Shown one piece after another: positions 47,039 through 55,805 of a DNA stretch of 64,000 nt (its first letter is position 1; every line of letters starts with the position of its first letter). The notes below the pieces were generated by a model. It was not told where the DNA came from. It saw only the letters and a list, made by a program, of their open reading frames with translations, and did not search any database. The stretch is from Escherichia phage DaisyDussoix. The translations under genes were made by a program, and so were the position numbers. The stretch is from the sequence record MZ501058. One strand, 5' to 3'.

Positions 47039-49799
47039 GTTCGGACAGTACTTCTTCTGCCATAGCCTTCTCTTCCTCTGTCATGAATTTGAAAGGAATT
47101 GGCATACACTCGATTTTACAATAGGTTCTGTACCAGTCTACGATATTTTCAGTGTTCATATCCTTACCAATACCCATCATACCAAGATACATTCTAGCAT
47201 ATTTTGGGTTAGCACTCTGACCTGTTTTAAGGAAGAAGTCTTTCTTCTTACCCTTCAGAGCTTCTATGAATGGTTTAATAGTTACATTTGAACACTTCTT
47301 AATATCTTCCCAGAACATCTCGTGCATCTTATGGAAGAATGCAGCTCGATCATTCGGTTTATCTTTGATATATTGTTCAACATGCTCAACTGTTACATCT
47401 TTAAAAGACTCAAGATGATAATAGCGAACAAGAAGTAGTTTAGCTTCATATGCATCTGCATGACGTGGAGCACAATAATCTGGAGTTGAATGCAGAATAG
47501 CTTTGATTCGCTCTTCCGTATATTCTTTTCCTGCACCTTCGATAGTTCCCCAGCTTTCACTGAAAATATCAATAGTTGCACCCTGATCAAGCAAATAATA
47601 ACGTAAAGTACTAGTATAGTTCCTAGATTCCAGCTCCCTACGACGTGCGTATAATTGCTGTGCTAACTCCAGCCAACCTTCATCAATGTTATATTGCTCA
47701 GAACCTGCGGAGAATCCACTCGTAGATTTATCAATAAAATAATAAATGTTCTGAGCGCCACGGTCGCGCCTGATTGCTTGGAAACGCATGTTTGGCGCTT
47801 GGTTGCTGGTTCTAGTAATAACGAATACGTTATCAAAGTAGTTGAAGTCAACGCCACTTGTTACTGATGGACTACATAATAAGCAATCAATTTGTTGGTC
47901 AATTAGCTCATTAGTTGTGTAATCCAGAATACGTCGAATATCTACATCAGACGTAGAGTTTGAGTGGATTTCCTTAACTAATGCACCAGTATTACGACGC
48001 AGTGCCATACCCTTCTCATTCAGTTCATCCGGGCCACAGTCAGATACTAGGATAGATTTCTCCCCCATCTCTAGCGAAGTCTGAAGTGCAACCCAAATAC
48101 TGGATTCATCCGGGAACTCATAAGCATGAGCTTTTGACAGCATCTTACGGTGGTGATTATAAAATGCAACCGGTTTATCAAACTCAATCAAGGAACCATA
48201 TGCTTCAATTGTTTCTGCACTAATATCACCATCTGATAATATAATGATTTTTGCAGTTGCAAGAATATCCCGAAGAACCTGAATACATTCACGACGCTGT
48301 TTAACAACCGGGGCGAATAATAGGTCATTCATTACAGCATCACATTCATCGATAAAGATTGCATCGATTTGACCAATAAAACTCTTGAACTTATGCAAAG
48401 AGTGAATAGTTGTGGACATACGGTCAATAGCGCCACGCTTAAAATTAAGCATATCTACAGACTTATCATATTGTCCTGCACTAAATTTCTTAGCATTTGA
48501 AGATACCAGTGCTCGAGTATTGGTAATTGCTAAGAAATTACCTTTAATAACTCCTGAATCTAACCAACGCACAACCGCCGTAGTTTTACCTGTACCTAGA
48601 CTTGCTTTTACAAAAGTCATATAACCTTCTGGTGGTACAGTATTTAATTTCAAGAAGTTATCAGTTTCTAGGGAATTAGTTTCTAGCTTTTTAAGTGGAA
48701 TACCTTTTAAAACATCCGGTATATCACGTTTAGAATTATTAACAAACGCTTTCAGAGCCTGTTTACGACCGTTATTAAAGTAATCTTGAATATTACGACT
48801 ATTATCTTTAGTTGCAATGTATTCTGATAAGGCTGGACGGATTTCTTTTTCTAGCCATGCGAAGTCAACACCATCCTCTAAAGCTCTGTGATAAAGTTTA
48901 GGTATGATACGTAGGTACACCCCATCCTCAGCTTCTTCTAGTTCGCTGATAGTTTCCTCTACTTTATCGGAGGCAGCTTTTTTACCTTTAATTTGATCGA
49001 GTAGAGAGTAGAATTCCTCTTTAAACTCTCCTCTAGTTGTTTCATAGTCAACCAGGTTATTAGGTAAATTTACCTTTGAGCCTTTAACAAATACCAGACG
49101 TGAAGCACCCTCCGCTTTAAACGGATCAACTATACCATCAGTAAATAAAGGATCTGCAAAATAGTGGAGCTGTACGGAAGAGTAATAAGCTAAGTCGGCA
49201 ATATCAAAGCCATACTTTTGTCTACTACTTTCGTTGATAGATGTAAATAAGAACTTGATCTGACCCTGCGTAACTTTAACATTAGATTCTAGTATTAAGT
49301 GCATTCGGATACCTGGTTTTAGGCCAGCCGAAGACGATGCATGAGCGATAAACCCTGCATCAAGAGGAAACATATCCTCGCTAATACTATTTAACATCCT
49401 AATAATATGTCGAGCCATGCCAACAAGATCAAACTTGTTACAACCTCCTGTATCTACAATACCATCCACGTCCATTGCAATTATATGACTTGGATTAGAT
49501 ACATTAAAGTTGCCCTTCTTACGTCGCACATTATTTTTGGGTGCAAGACATCGACCTCGTACCGCAACGATATGAGGGTCAGACGTTAAACGTCTCATAA
49601 GAGGGAGCATTTCTACTAGGGTTTGAGGATCAACTTCATCAATTACATCAAACTTGAAGGGCATTGAAGCTGGTTTACCTTCAGGATGCTTTGAGGAAAA
49701 TCTTTTAGCAAAAAGATAGTCTTCTGCTTTAACTTCTCGCCAATTGCCTGTGGCTAAATCGCGATGAAATCCTGCATGACCTTGTAGGATTGAGAACAC
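47013..49799 (-). CDS. large NTPase, putative primase-helicase / replication initiator
   Basis: Start moved to GTG 49799 with AGGAG SD 7 nt upstream; Walker A ASLGTGKTT, Walker B IFIDECD; N-terminal IIAMDVDG resembles AEP primase motif I. Confidence 0.55.
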   Translation of the reverse strand: MFSILQGHAGFHRDLATGNWREVKAEDYLFAKRFSSKHPEGKPASMPFKFDVIDEVDPQTLVEMLPLMRRLTSDPHIVAVRGRCLAPKNNVRRKKGNFNVSNPSHIIAMDVDGIVDTGGCNKFDLVGMARHIIRMLNSISEDMFPLDAGFIAHASSSAGLKPGIRMHLILESNVKVTQGQIKFLFTSINESSRQKYGFDIADLAYYSSVQLHYFADPLFTDGIVDPFKAEGASRLVFVKGSKVNLPNNLVDYETTRGEFKEEFYSLLDQIKGKKAASDKVEETISELEEAEDGVYLRIIPKLYHRALEDGVDFAWLEKEIRPALSEYIATKDNSRNIQDYFNNGRKQALKAFVNNSKRDIPDVLKGIPLKKLETNSLETDNFLKLNTVPPEGYMTFVKASLGTGKTTAVVRWLDSGVIKGNFLAITNTRALVSSNAKKFSAGQYDKSVDMLNFKRGAIDRMSTTIHSLHKFKSFIGQIDAIFIDECDAVMNDLLFAPVVKQRRECIQVLRDILATAKIIILSDGDISAETIEAYGSLIEFDKPVAFYNHHRKMLSKAHAYEFPDESSIWVALQTSLEMGEKSILVSDCGPDELNEKGMALRRNTGALVKEIHSNSTSDVDIRRILDYTTNELIDQQIDCLLCSPSVTSGVDFNYFDNVFVITRTSNQAPNMRFQAIRRDRGAQNIYYFIDKSTSGFSAGSEQYNIDEGWLELAQQLYARRRELESRNYTSTLRYYLLDQGATIDIFSESWGTIEGAGKEYTEERIKAILHSTPDYCAPRHADAYEAKLLLVRYYHLESFKDVTVEHVEQYIKDKPNDRAAFFHKMHEMFWEDIKKCSNVTIKPFIEALKGKKKDFFLKTGQSANPKYARMYLGMMGIGKDMNTENIVDWYRTYCKIECMPIPFKFMTEEEKAMAEEVLSELGATNEDA

Positions 49800-50298
49800 A
49801 ACAATACTCCTGTATTGGAAATGAAATAAGTTTTCTTTAGGACTATTCAGAAAGAATAGAACAACTGTTACTGTCAATTTCTCAACAATTAATCGCAAAT
49901 ACTGAAGGGGGGGTGGCAACTTCCCCTTTCACGCTACACTGCCGCTTCACTATACCGCACAAATCCTTGAGGATGGCCGCTAAGCCAGATTTGCTCACCT
50001 AATGCTTCATGTACTAGCTCATACTAGATGCAGTATACCTTACGTCATCACTTCTCAGAGTTTTTCACTCTTCCCGTCTCACTTCACAACCACCTCACAC
50101 TAGGTTGCTTCGAGGCCTTACCAGGGTTCCTACGGGGTGTAGATCGCTAAGTATTCTATTAACTATTTGTTTAAAAACTAACACGTAACAGTTAAAACAA
50201 CCCTTAATGGGGCAGCCTAACTGTTCCGTATCGCGGATTGTAAACAAGAAAAATTAGCAAAATCAGTTTTTACTAATGTCTCTCAATTCAATATAAAT

Positions 50299-50328
50299 AT
50301 TATAGCAAGATTTTGAGCATCGTGCAAG
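50299..50328 (-). promoter_or_regulatory. sigma70-like promoter driving the long leader of the primase-helicase-like gene
   Basis: TTGCAC -35, ~18-nt spacer, TATAAT -10. Confidence 0.5.
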
Positions 50329-50368
50329 TAAATTTTTAAAGAGAATGCTATCATTGGTCTTGAGTACG

Positions 50369-50395
50369 GATAAAACCGAGCCAAAATGACTCGGT
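50369..50395 (-). terminator. rho-independent terminator (minus strand)
   Basis: ACCGAG / CTCGGT stem followed in transcript sense by UUUUA. Confidence 0.5.
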
Positions 50396-50418
50396 AATCA
50401 GGATTGAGCTAATGAAAA

Positions 50419-50814
50419 TCAATCATCATTTAGGCCTGGGACATAGATTCCAATGCGATTTAATTGACCTTTAGCTTCTTCGAGAATATCTTCGGTGTAC
50501 TCCCAAATATCATCTTCTACTTGCAAAAGATAAGGGGATTCACCAGTTTCGGGGTCACGTGTAATGGCTAAGCCACATGGATGGAATATAGAGAAGTTGA
50601 GGGCAACAATCAAGCCCATGCTGGACAATTCATTCCAGTCAGCTTCCCAACCATCATCTTCATTTTCGTCCACAAAGACACCTACACTAGGGTCTGTTAC
50701 AGAAGTAAACGGAAATGTTACACTAACCTTGTCAACCCCCAACCAACGTGCAAGGAGCCCCTCAGCACGCTCTACCAAACTAGGATCTATCTGACGCCAA
50801 AATACTTGTTCCAT
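50419..50814 (-). CDS. hypothetical protein, paralog 1 of tandem pair
   Basis: 131 aa; shares GV.VD...W.EL..MGL..ALN...F.P...R.TGE.P...PGL with next ORF. Confidence 0.45.
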   Translation of the reverse strand: MEQVFWRQIDPSLVERAEGLLARWLGVDKVSVTFPFTSVTDPSVGVFVDENEDDGWEADWNELSSMGLIVALNFSIFHPCGLAITRDPETGESPYLLQVEDDIWEYTEDILEEAKGQLNRIGIYVPGLNDD

Positions 50815-50823
50815 TCTGCCTCC

Positions 50824-51252
50824 TTAAGCAGTTAAACCTGGGATCATATACCCGAAACGACGAAGTTTCTGAATCCCCTCATTTACTTCCTCGGGCGAAT
50901 ATGACCAGCCCTCACGTTCATTTACCTGGAAAGCAGGAGCTTCACCAGTGCGATAATTTACAATAAGACGGTGATTTGCAGGCATAAACAGCTTATGATT
51001 CAAGGCAAAAACCAGACCCATTTCATCGAGTTCTTTCCAGTCTACAATCTCTTCTACTCCCTCCCCTAAATCCACGCTAACTCCAATACACGGAGCTTCC
51101 TCTAGCGGGCCTTTAAAGGATAAGAAGATATCGTTATTCTCACACCAAATCTTGAGCAGATTGATGGTTTCATTATACATACCATTAGGGAGAGAGCGCC
51201 AGAAGTTGAGAAGCATAGGATTTACCTCTTTCATGAAAATATTATTGAACAT
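50824..51252 (-). CDS. hypothetical protein, paralog 2 of tandem pair
   Basis: 142 aa; collinear similarity to ORF 50419-50814. Confidence 0.45.
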   Translation of the reverse strand: MFNNIFMKEVNPMLLNFWRSLPNGMYNETINLLKIWCENNDIFLSFKGPLEEAPCIGVSVDLGEGVEEIVDWKELDEMGLVFALNHKLFMPANHRLIVNYRTGEAPAFQVNEREGWSYSPEEVNEGIQKLRRFGYMIPGLTA

Positions 51253-51254
51253 GC

Positions 51255-51794
51255 TTATACCTTAAGTTTCTGAAGAGCCTTACACATTTCAAGATCTGGA
51301 CTAAACTCCAGCATATAGCTGATAGCGTTTAAATCTTGAAGGTTTATTCCAGTCCTGCCGTTTACAATAACAGTAGGAAATTGATACATCATAGCACCAG
51401 CATCATCTAGGACACACCAATGCTTGAGCTTATATTTTTCGACAAAACGTAAAACAGAATTACCCCGAGATAAACCACCTCCAGTAAAATCTGTTGTACC
51501 AAGAAAACGATCGATCAAACCGAGTCCGGTCATAATCTGAACGTTCTCCATTTCATTTCGTACAGAAAACCATGAAGATACCCCAACAATCATTATTGGG
51601 GATGGCTTAAGAAAGTTCTGAAAAGCCTGGAGTAATGGCTTGTAAACCCAATCACCACCAAAGAATAGCTTCTCACTATCTGGAGCATGATGGTGAGAGA
51701 TGCTCGAATTGAGCACCCCATCAATATCCAGGAAAATCACAGGAGTATTACTTATTTCCACCAGTAGCATCCCACGTCCAGACTTTAACTTCAT
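51255..51794 (-). CDS. HAD-superfamily hydrolase-like protein (putative phosphatase/nucleotidase)
   Basis: 179 aa; N-terminal FLDIDGVL (DxDG motif I of HAD family); likely start at internal Met ~51770. Confidence 0.5.
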   Translation of the reverse strand: MKLKSGRGMLLVEISNTPVIFLDIDGVLNSSISHHHAPDSEKLFFGGDWVYKPLLQAFQNFLKPSPIMIVGVSSWFSVRNEMENVQIMTGLGLIDRFLGTTDFTGGGLSRGNSVLRFVEKYKLKHWCVLDDAGAMMYQFPTVIVNGRTGINLQDLNAISYMLEFSPDLEMCKALQKLKV

Positions 51795-51933
51795 CAGTAA
51801 AAGGAACTGGAACCTTCAATTCACCTTTACCCCACATAACAGATAGGAACAGAGAATAAATGGTAATCATACCGATTAGGTTGACAAACCATACTAGACC
51901 TTTCCAGATACCCTTAAAAATCTTCTTCACCAT
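51748..51933 (-). CDS. small predicted membrane protein
   Basis: Start set to ATG 51933 with AGGAGG SD; hydrophobic helix GLVWFVNLIGMITIYSLFLSVMW. Confidence 0.35.
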   Translation of the reverse strand: MVKKIFKGIWKGLVWFVNLIGMITIYSLFLSVMWGKGELKVPVPFTDEVKVWTWDATGGNK

Positions 51934-52096
51934 ATTCTCCCTCCTTAATAAGGAACTCTTTCCACTCTGCTGTATCCTCATAGATAACGCAGAAATCATC
52001 ACTCTTCCATGAGAAGTCATCAGTAGCAAATTCGAAACGGTAGCACCAACTACCGTCTGGCCATACTAAAAGATCACACATGCTTTTCTGGGACAT
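51914..52096 (-). CDS. small hypothetical protein
   Basis: Start set to ATG 52096 with GGAGGG SD; ATGA-type overlap with Sir2-like gene end. Confidence 0.3.
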   Translation of the reverse strand: MSQKSMCDLLVWPDGSWCYRFEFATDDFSWKSDDFCVIYEDTAEWKEFLIKEGEYGEEDF

Positions 52097-52925
52097 AAAT
52101 ATTTCCCTCCATAAAAGCTTCAACTTGATCAATAAAGTGTTTATTACCAAAAACTTCGGCAGCTCCAGCACGCCATACAGTAACACCACGTTTCTCATAC
52201 TCAAGCTGTTCGTCATAACGAACTTGTGGGTTAACAACCATCATCTTAGTTCCACGACATACAGCAGGAAATAGCTCCCAGTTGAAGTCGATTACTTGGT
52301 TGCTACAACCTACTACAATAACCATATCATTGCTAGTAAGTGTATCAAACAGGTTAATCTGACCCATATACCACGGAGCCGTCTCACCAAAGAATGTTAC
52401 GTTTGGTTTTACCCATTCGTAATCCTCAGGGGCAATAGCAGTATACCCAACATCTTCGATGATTTGGTTGCGACCCTGACGATAGATCACCTCTTTCAAG
52501 TACCCGTGAGCGTGAATGATTTCATCACGAGGGATACCAGCACGTTCCAGAAGGTCATCAACGTTAGTAGTGAAGTTCTTCACGCTATCCGCACCATAAC
52601 GCTGGAACCATTCTGCAATTCGCAGATGGGCAATGTTAGGCTCAACAGTCTGTAATTCCTGACGACGCATGTTGTAGAACTCATGAGTCTTGAGATACAG
52701 ATCGTTACCATCTTTATCAATGCCAGGGAAACGAGCACTGAAGTAGTTAGGATCATCTTCACCACAGAAGCGACGGAAGCCAGCTTCAAAGTTAGGCAAG
52801 CTACATACTTCCTCTAGATCGTACTCATCCCACAAGGATTTCCCACTAGCAGTATCAGTACGGAAAGCACGAACACCACTATCTACACTCAAACCTGCAC
52901 CACTAACAACGATTAGTCTACGCAT
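52074..52925 (-). CDS. Sir2-family (sirtuin-like) NAD-binding protein
   Basis: 283 aa; GAGLSVDSG, TTNVDDL and HAHG motifs; no CxxC...CxxC zinc-ribbon pairs. Confidence 0.65.
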   Translation of the reverse strand: MRRLIVVSGAGLSVDSGVRAFRTDTASGKSLWDEYDLEEVCSLPNFEAGFRRFCGEDDPNYFSARFPGIDKDGNDLYLKTHEFYNMRRQELQTVEPNIAHLRIAEWFQRYGADSVKNFTTNVDDLLERAGIPRDEIIHAHGYLKEVIYRQGRNQIIEDVGYTAIAPEDYEWVKPNVTFFGETAPWYMGQINLFDTLTSNDMVIVVGCSNQVIDFNWELFPAVCRGTKMMVVNPQVRYDEQLEYEKRGVTVWRAGAAEVFGNKHFIDQVEAFMEGNIYVPEKHV

Positions 52926-53119
52926 TATACGATTCCTTGCTTGAATCCTTCGATGATATTTTGGAGCAGAATTGCTTCTTCTGGGCGAACCTTCTCTTGC
53001 TTAATAAGCATATCCAAACCAGCAATACAGGTAGCTACTCCAGCATTATACCCAGCATTCCACTGCTCCATAAGCATATTTTCTAAATTACTTTTTAGAT
53101 TCTGATTCAAGAAGTCCAT
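52925..53119 (-). CDS. small hypothetical protein
   Basis: Start set to ATG 53119 with GGAGG SD; 64 aa; stop overlaps Sir2-like start. Confidence 0.3.
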   Translation of the reverse strand: MDFLNQNLKSNLENMLMEQWNAGYNAGVATCIAGLDMLIKQEKVRPEEAILLQNIIEGFKQGIV

Positions 53120-53291
53120 AAAGTTTTTCCTCCAATTCCATAATACGATTTTCGTAAGAAGCACGCAGCTTCTCGATGGACAAAGCACGAACTGTAACTT
53201 CATCTGAATTGATCGCTAGCTGAGCTAGATCTTCTGTTTCCATACGTCCGTTGTAAATTAAGCGATATTTAAGATGTTTTACGTTTTTCAT
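53088..53291 (-). CDS. small hypothetical protein
   Basis: 67-aa charged ORF; overlaps next gene start. Confidence 0.3.
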   Translation of the reverse strand: MKNVKHLKYRLIYNGRMETEDLAQLAINSDEVTVRALSIEKLRASYENRIMELEEKLYGLLESESKK

Positions 53292-53300
53292 TCTTGTTCC

Positions 53301-53582
53301 TTAGTTCTGTACTGTAAATTCATTCTTATCACAGTGAGCATAATAATACCCATACATACGATAAATTTTCACAGCCTTAGTAGACCCCTTCGATTCTTCA
53401 TAATCAATCCAGAGCCACTTGTCTTTACCTACATAATGTACCCGAAACTTCTTAACTTTCTTATCATTCCATGTTGCAACAACACGACGATAATCAAATC
53501 CGCCCAACCAATCTAGAGCCTTACGTTCTTCACTAGGCTCTCCAAGATGGGAAACATCTACTTTCGGAAGCAATTCGCTCAT
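53301..53582 (-). CDS. hypothetical protein
   Basis: 93 aa; ATG start with GAGAGGAGAAAG SD; first gene after promoter at 53611-53639. Confidence 0.4.
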   Translation of the reverse strand: MSELLPKVDVSHLGEPSEERKALDWLGGFDYRRVVATWNDKKVKKFRVHYVGKDKWLWIDYEESKGSTKAVKIYRMYGYYYAHCDKNEFTVQN

Positions 53583-53610
53583 AGCTTTCTCCTCTCAAAT
53601 TTATAAATCA

Positions 53611-53639
53611 ATTATACATAAGTTTTAGCTCGAAAGCAA
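53611..53639 (-). promoter_or_regulatory. sigma70-like early promoter
   Basis: TTGCTT -35, 17-nt spacer, TATAAT -10, followed by TGATTTATAAATTTGAGAGGAG. Confidence 0.6.
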
Positions 53640-53641
53640 AT

Positions 53642-53674
53642 AAAATAAAAGCCAGGTCGACTAGCAACCTGGCT
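53642..53674 (-). terminator. rho-independent terminator after nrdD
   Basis: AGCCAGGT / ACCTGGCT stem followed in transcript sense by UUUAUUUU. Confidence 0.6.
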
Positions 53675-53680
53675 GATTCA

Positions 53681-55555
53681 TTATTTAGCGCGAATGTCTT
53701 GATGTTTCACTCGACCCATAACCTCATGTTGTTTACCTGGGTTAAACGGACGAGCACCTGGATTTCCAAGATATCCACAAACTCGACGAGTTACCTCAAG
53801 AGTCTCAGGATCATGATTGCCACAAATTGGGCATTTGAAACCATCCTCAGAAGCTATAGTTTCACCCAAGAACCCACATTCCCCACAAGAGTCTACTGGA
53901 GTATTAATACCGAAGTAATGAACTTTACTTGCAGCATAGTTAATAACCCATTCCAGTGCATCAGGGAATCGTTTCATATCCGGTAATTCCACATAGGAAA
54001 TGCACCCACCAGAAGCAATAGGAGTAAAGTTAGACTCATAATCAAACTTCACATTTGGAGCAACCTTACGTTCTACATCAAGGTGATGGGAATTAGTGTA
54101 ATATCCTTTAGCCAGAATATCTTCATGCTCTGGGAAATACTCACGGTCTAGGCGACAGAAGCGATCACATAGAGATTCAGATGGTGTAGCATACAGACTA
54201 TACCCTAATTGAGTCTCTTCCTTCTTCTGATCAGCACGATCACGCATGTATTGTAGCACACGTTGAACGAACTTGATACAAGACTCAGACATTGTATCTA
54301 CATCTTTACCAAACATGAGCTGCAACATTTCGTGGCAACCAATATATCCTAGAGATACAGAAGCACGCTTGTAGAAATGATCAAATACATATTCATCTGG
54401 CCCCAGACGTAATCCAAAGGCTCCTGACATATAGAGGATGGGCGCAGCTTTAGCTTGAATGTATTTTAAGCGATCAACCCTCCACTCCAATGCTTTTAAC
54501 GCGGTATCCACACGCAGCTCAAGCAGATCGAAGAATAGATCAATATTTCCTTCCGCTTCGATAGCGATTCGAGGAAGGTTTACGGAAACAACGCCTAAGT
54601 TGTTACGACCAGAAGTTTCACCATCTTCCGCAGCAGCCAGGAACGAACGACAGCCCATAGAGACTTTGTAGTCCCCCGTAACTTCTACAACCTTATCATA
54701 ACTGATGTAGTCAGGATACATACGTTCAGCAGTACATTTCATAGCTAACTTCTTGATATCATAGTTAACATCACCAGGTTTCATGTTTACGCCCTCACGC
54801 AAAACAAATACCAGTTTAGGGAAGATAGCTGTACGTTTATTGATACCCAAACCATCCATACGTACTTCTAGTATTGCTTTCTGTACAAGACGTGCTTCCC
54901 AAGAAGTTCCTAGACCAAAACCAAAGGTAATAAACGGACTTTGACCATTAGAGTTGAACATCGTATTGATTTCATACTCCAGGCCCTGACAGGCATCGTA
55001 AACTTCTTTCTCAGTCATTTCCGTAGCCATTACAGATGCTTTAGCTTCATCCTTAGTCCAACGCTTTGCAAACGCATGATTCTTATCATAAGACTTACGA
55101 ACATAAGGAGCCAATACTTCATCTAATCGGTCTACAGAAGTACCCCCATATTGATGTGAACTAACCTGAGTGATAATCTGAGCTGTGATAGCAGCCGCAG
55201 TAGTAATAGAGTTTGGTGTACTGATTTCAGCATTACCAACCTTCATACCATTCTTCAACATATCTTCCAAAGCAACCAGGCAACAGTTAGTCATACCTAA
55301 CGCAGCGTAATCAGCATCATGGAAGTGAATATCACCAATCATGTGAGCATTTCGAATCTGGATGGGCATTTCTTCCAGAATCAGATATTTACTCAATTCC
55401 CCTGCAAGCATATCCCTTTGTGTAGGGAAACGTTCTGAGGGCTTATTGGCATTATTAAACAGCAGCTCTTCATCTGCTGAACCTTCGATAATTTCTTTGC
55501 AGTTTCGAATCAAGGACTGCATTCCTTTATACTTTAGTTCTTCATTGCGATTCAT
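53681..55555 (-). CDS. nrdD: anaerobic ribonucleoside-triphosphate reductase (class III)
   Basis: 624 aa; C-terminal Cys cluster CGECG...CPICG and glycyl-radical motif RVCGYLG; ATG with GGAGG SD. Confidence 0.9.
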   Translation of the reverse strand: MNRNEELKYKGMQSLIRNCKEIIEGSADEELLFNNANKPSERFPTQRDMLAGELSKYLILEEMPIQIRNAHMIGDIHFHDADYAALGMTNCCLVALEDMLKNGMKVGNAEISTPNSITTAAAITAQIITQVSSHQYGGTSVDRLDEVLAPYVRKSYDKNHAFAKRWTKDEAKASVMATEMTEKEVYDACQGLEYEINTMFNSNGQSPFITFGFGLGTSWEARLVQKAILEVRMDGLGINKRTAIFPKLVFVLREGVNMKPGDVNYDIKKLAMKCTAERMYPDYISYDKVVEVTGDYKVSMGCRSFLAAAEDGETSGRNNLGVVSVNLPRIAIEAEGNIDLFFDLLELRVDTALKALEWRVDRLKYIQAKAAPILYMSGAFGLRLGPDEYVFDHFYKRASVSLGYIGCHEMLQLMFGKDVDTMSESCIKFVQRVLQYMRDRADQKKEETQLGYSLYATPSESLCDRFCRLDREYFPEHEDILAKGYYTNSHHLDVERKVAPNVKFDYESNFTPIASGGCISYVELPDMKRFPDALEWVINYAASKVHYFGINTPVDSCGECGFLGETIASEDGFKCPICGNHDPETLEVTRRVCGYLGNPGARPFNPGKQHEVMGRVKHQDIRAK

Positions 55556-55584
55556 TATACCCTCCTTCTCTAACTAAGACTACT

Positions 55585-55613
55585 ATTATAACTCATTCGA
55601 AGGCGGATGTCAA
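55585..55613 (-). promoter_or_regulatory. consensus sigma70 promoter for nrdD
   Basis: TTGACA -35, 17-nt spacer, TATAAT -10. Confidence 0.65.
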
Positions 55614-55664
55614 CAATATTTTACTATAACATTCTGTAAATTGATCTGAGTCAAAAAATTTTAT

Positions 55665-55693
55665 TTGCCAACCTCTATTAAAAATAGTATAAT
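55665..55693 (+). promoter_or_regulatory. sigma70-like promoter (distal) for plus-strand early genes
   Basis: TTGCCA -35, 17-nt spacer, TATAAT -10. Confidence 0.55.
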
Positions 55694-55805
55694 CACGCGC
55701 CCGTGTACGCGATATAAAATGATTATCTAGTACCATACATCTCCCAATAAAAGCAAGCAAATTTTTTATTTAAATGCAATATCATAGGCTTATTTAAAAT
55801 TGTAG

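Larger units (their letters stand above)
49800..50418. other. ~620-bp ORF-free region: candidate structured leader/ncRNA or replication origin
   Basis: No ORF of 60 aa or more on either strand; G7 run, hairpin, reiterated TCACT(T/C) motifs on the plus strand. Confidence 0.5.

Noticed and set aside
49800-49919. 85-codon N-terminal extension of the primase-helicase-like ORF from a TTG codon
   Set aside because: No SD precedes the TTG and the segment is hydrophobic and atypical; GTG 49799 has an AGGAG SD at ideal spacing. The stretch is treated as 5' leader.
49800-50418. tRNA gene in the ORF-free region
   Set aside because: I found no cloverleaf-compatible acceptor stem or T-loop (GTTCRANYC-like) on either strand by eye; a tRNA scan would be needed to exclude one formally.
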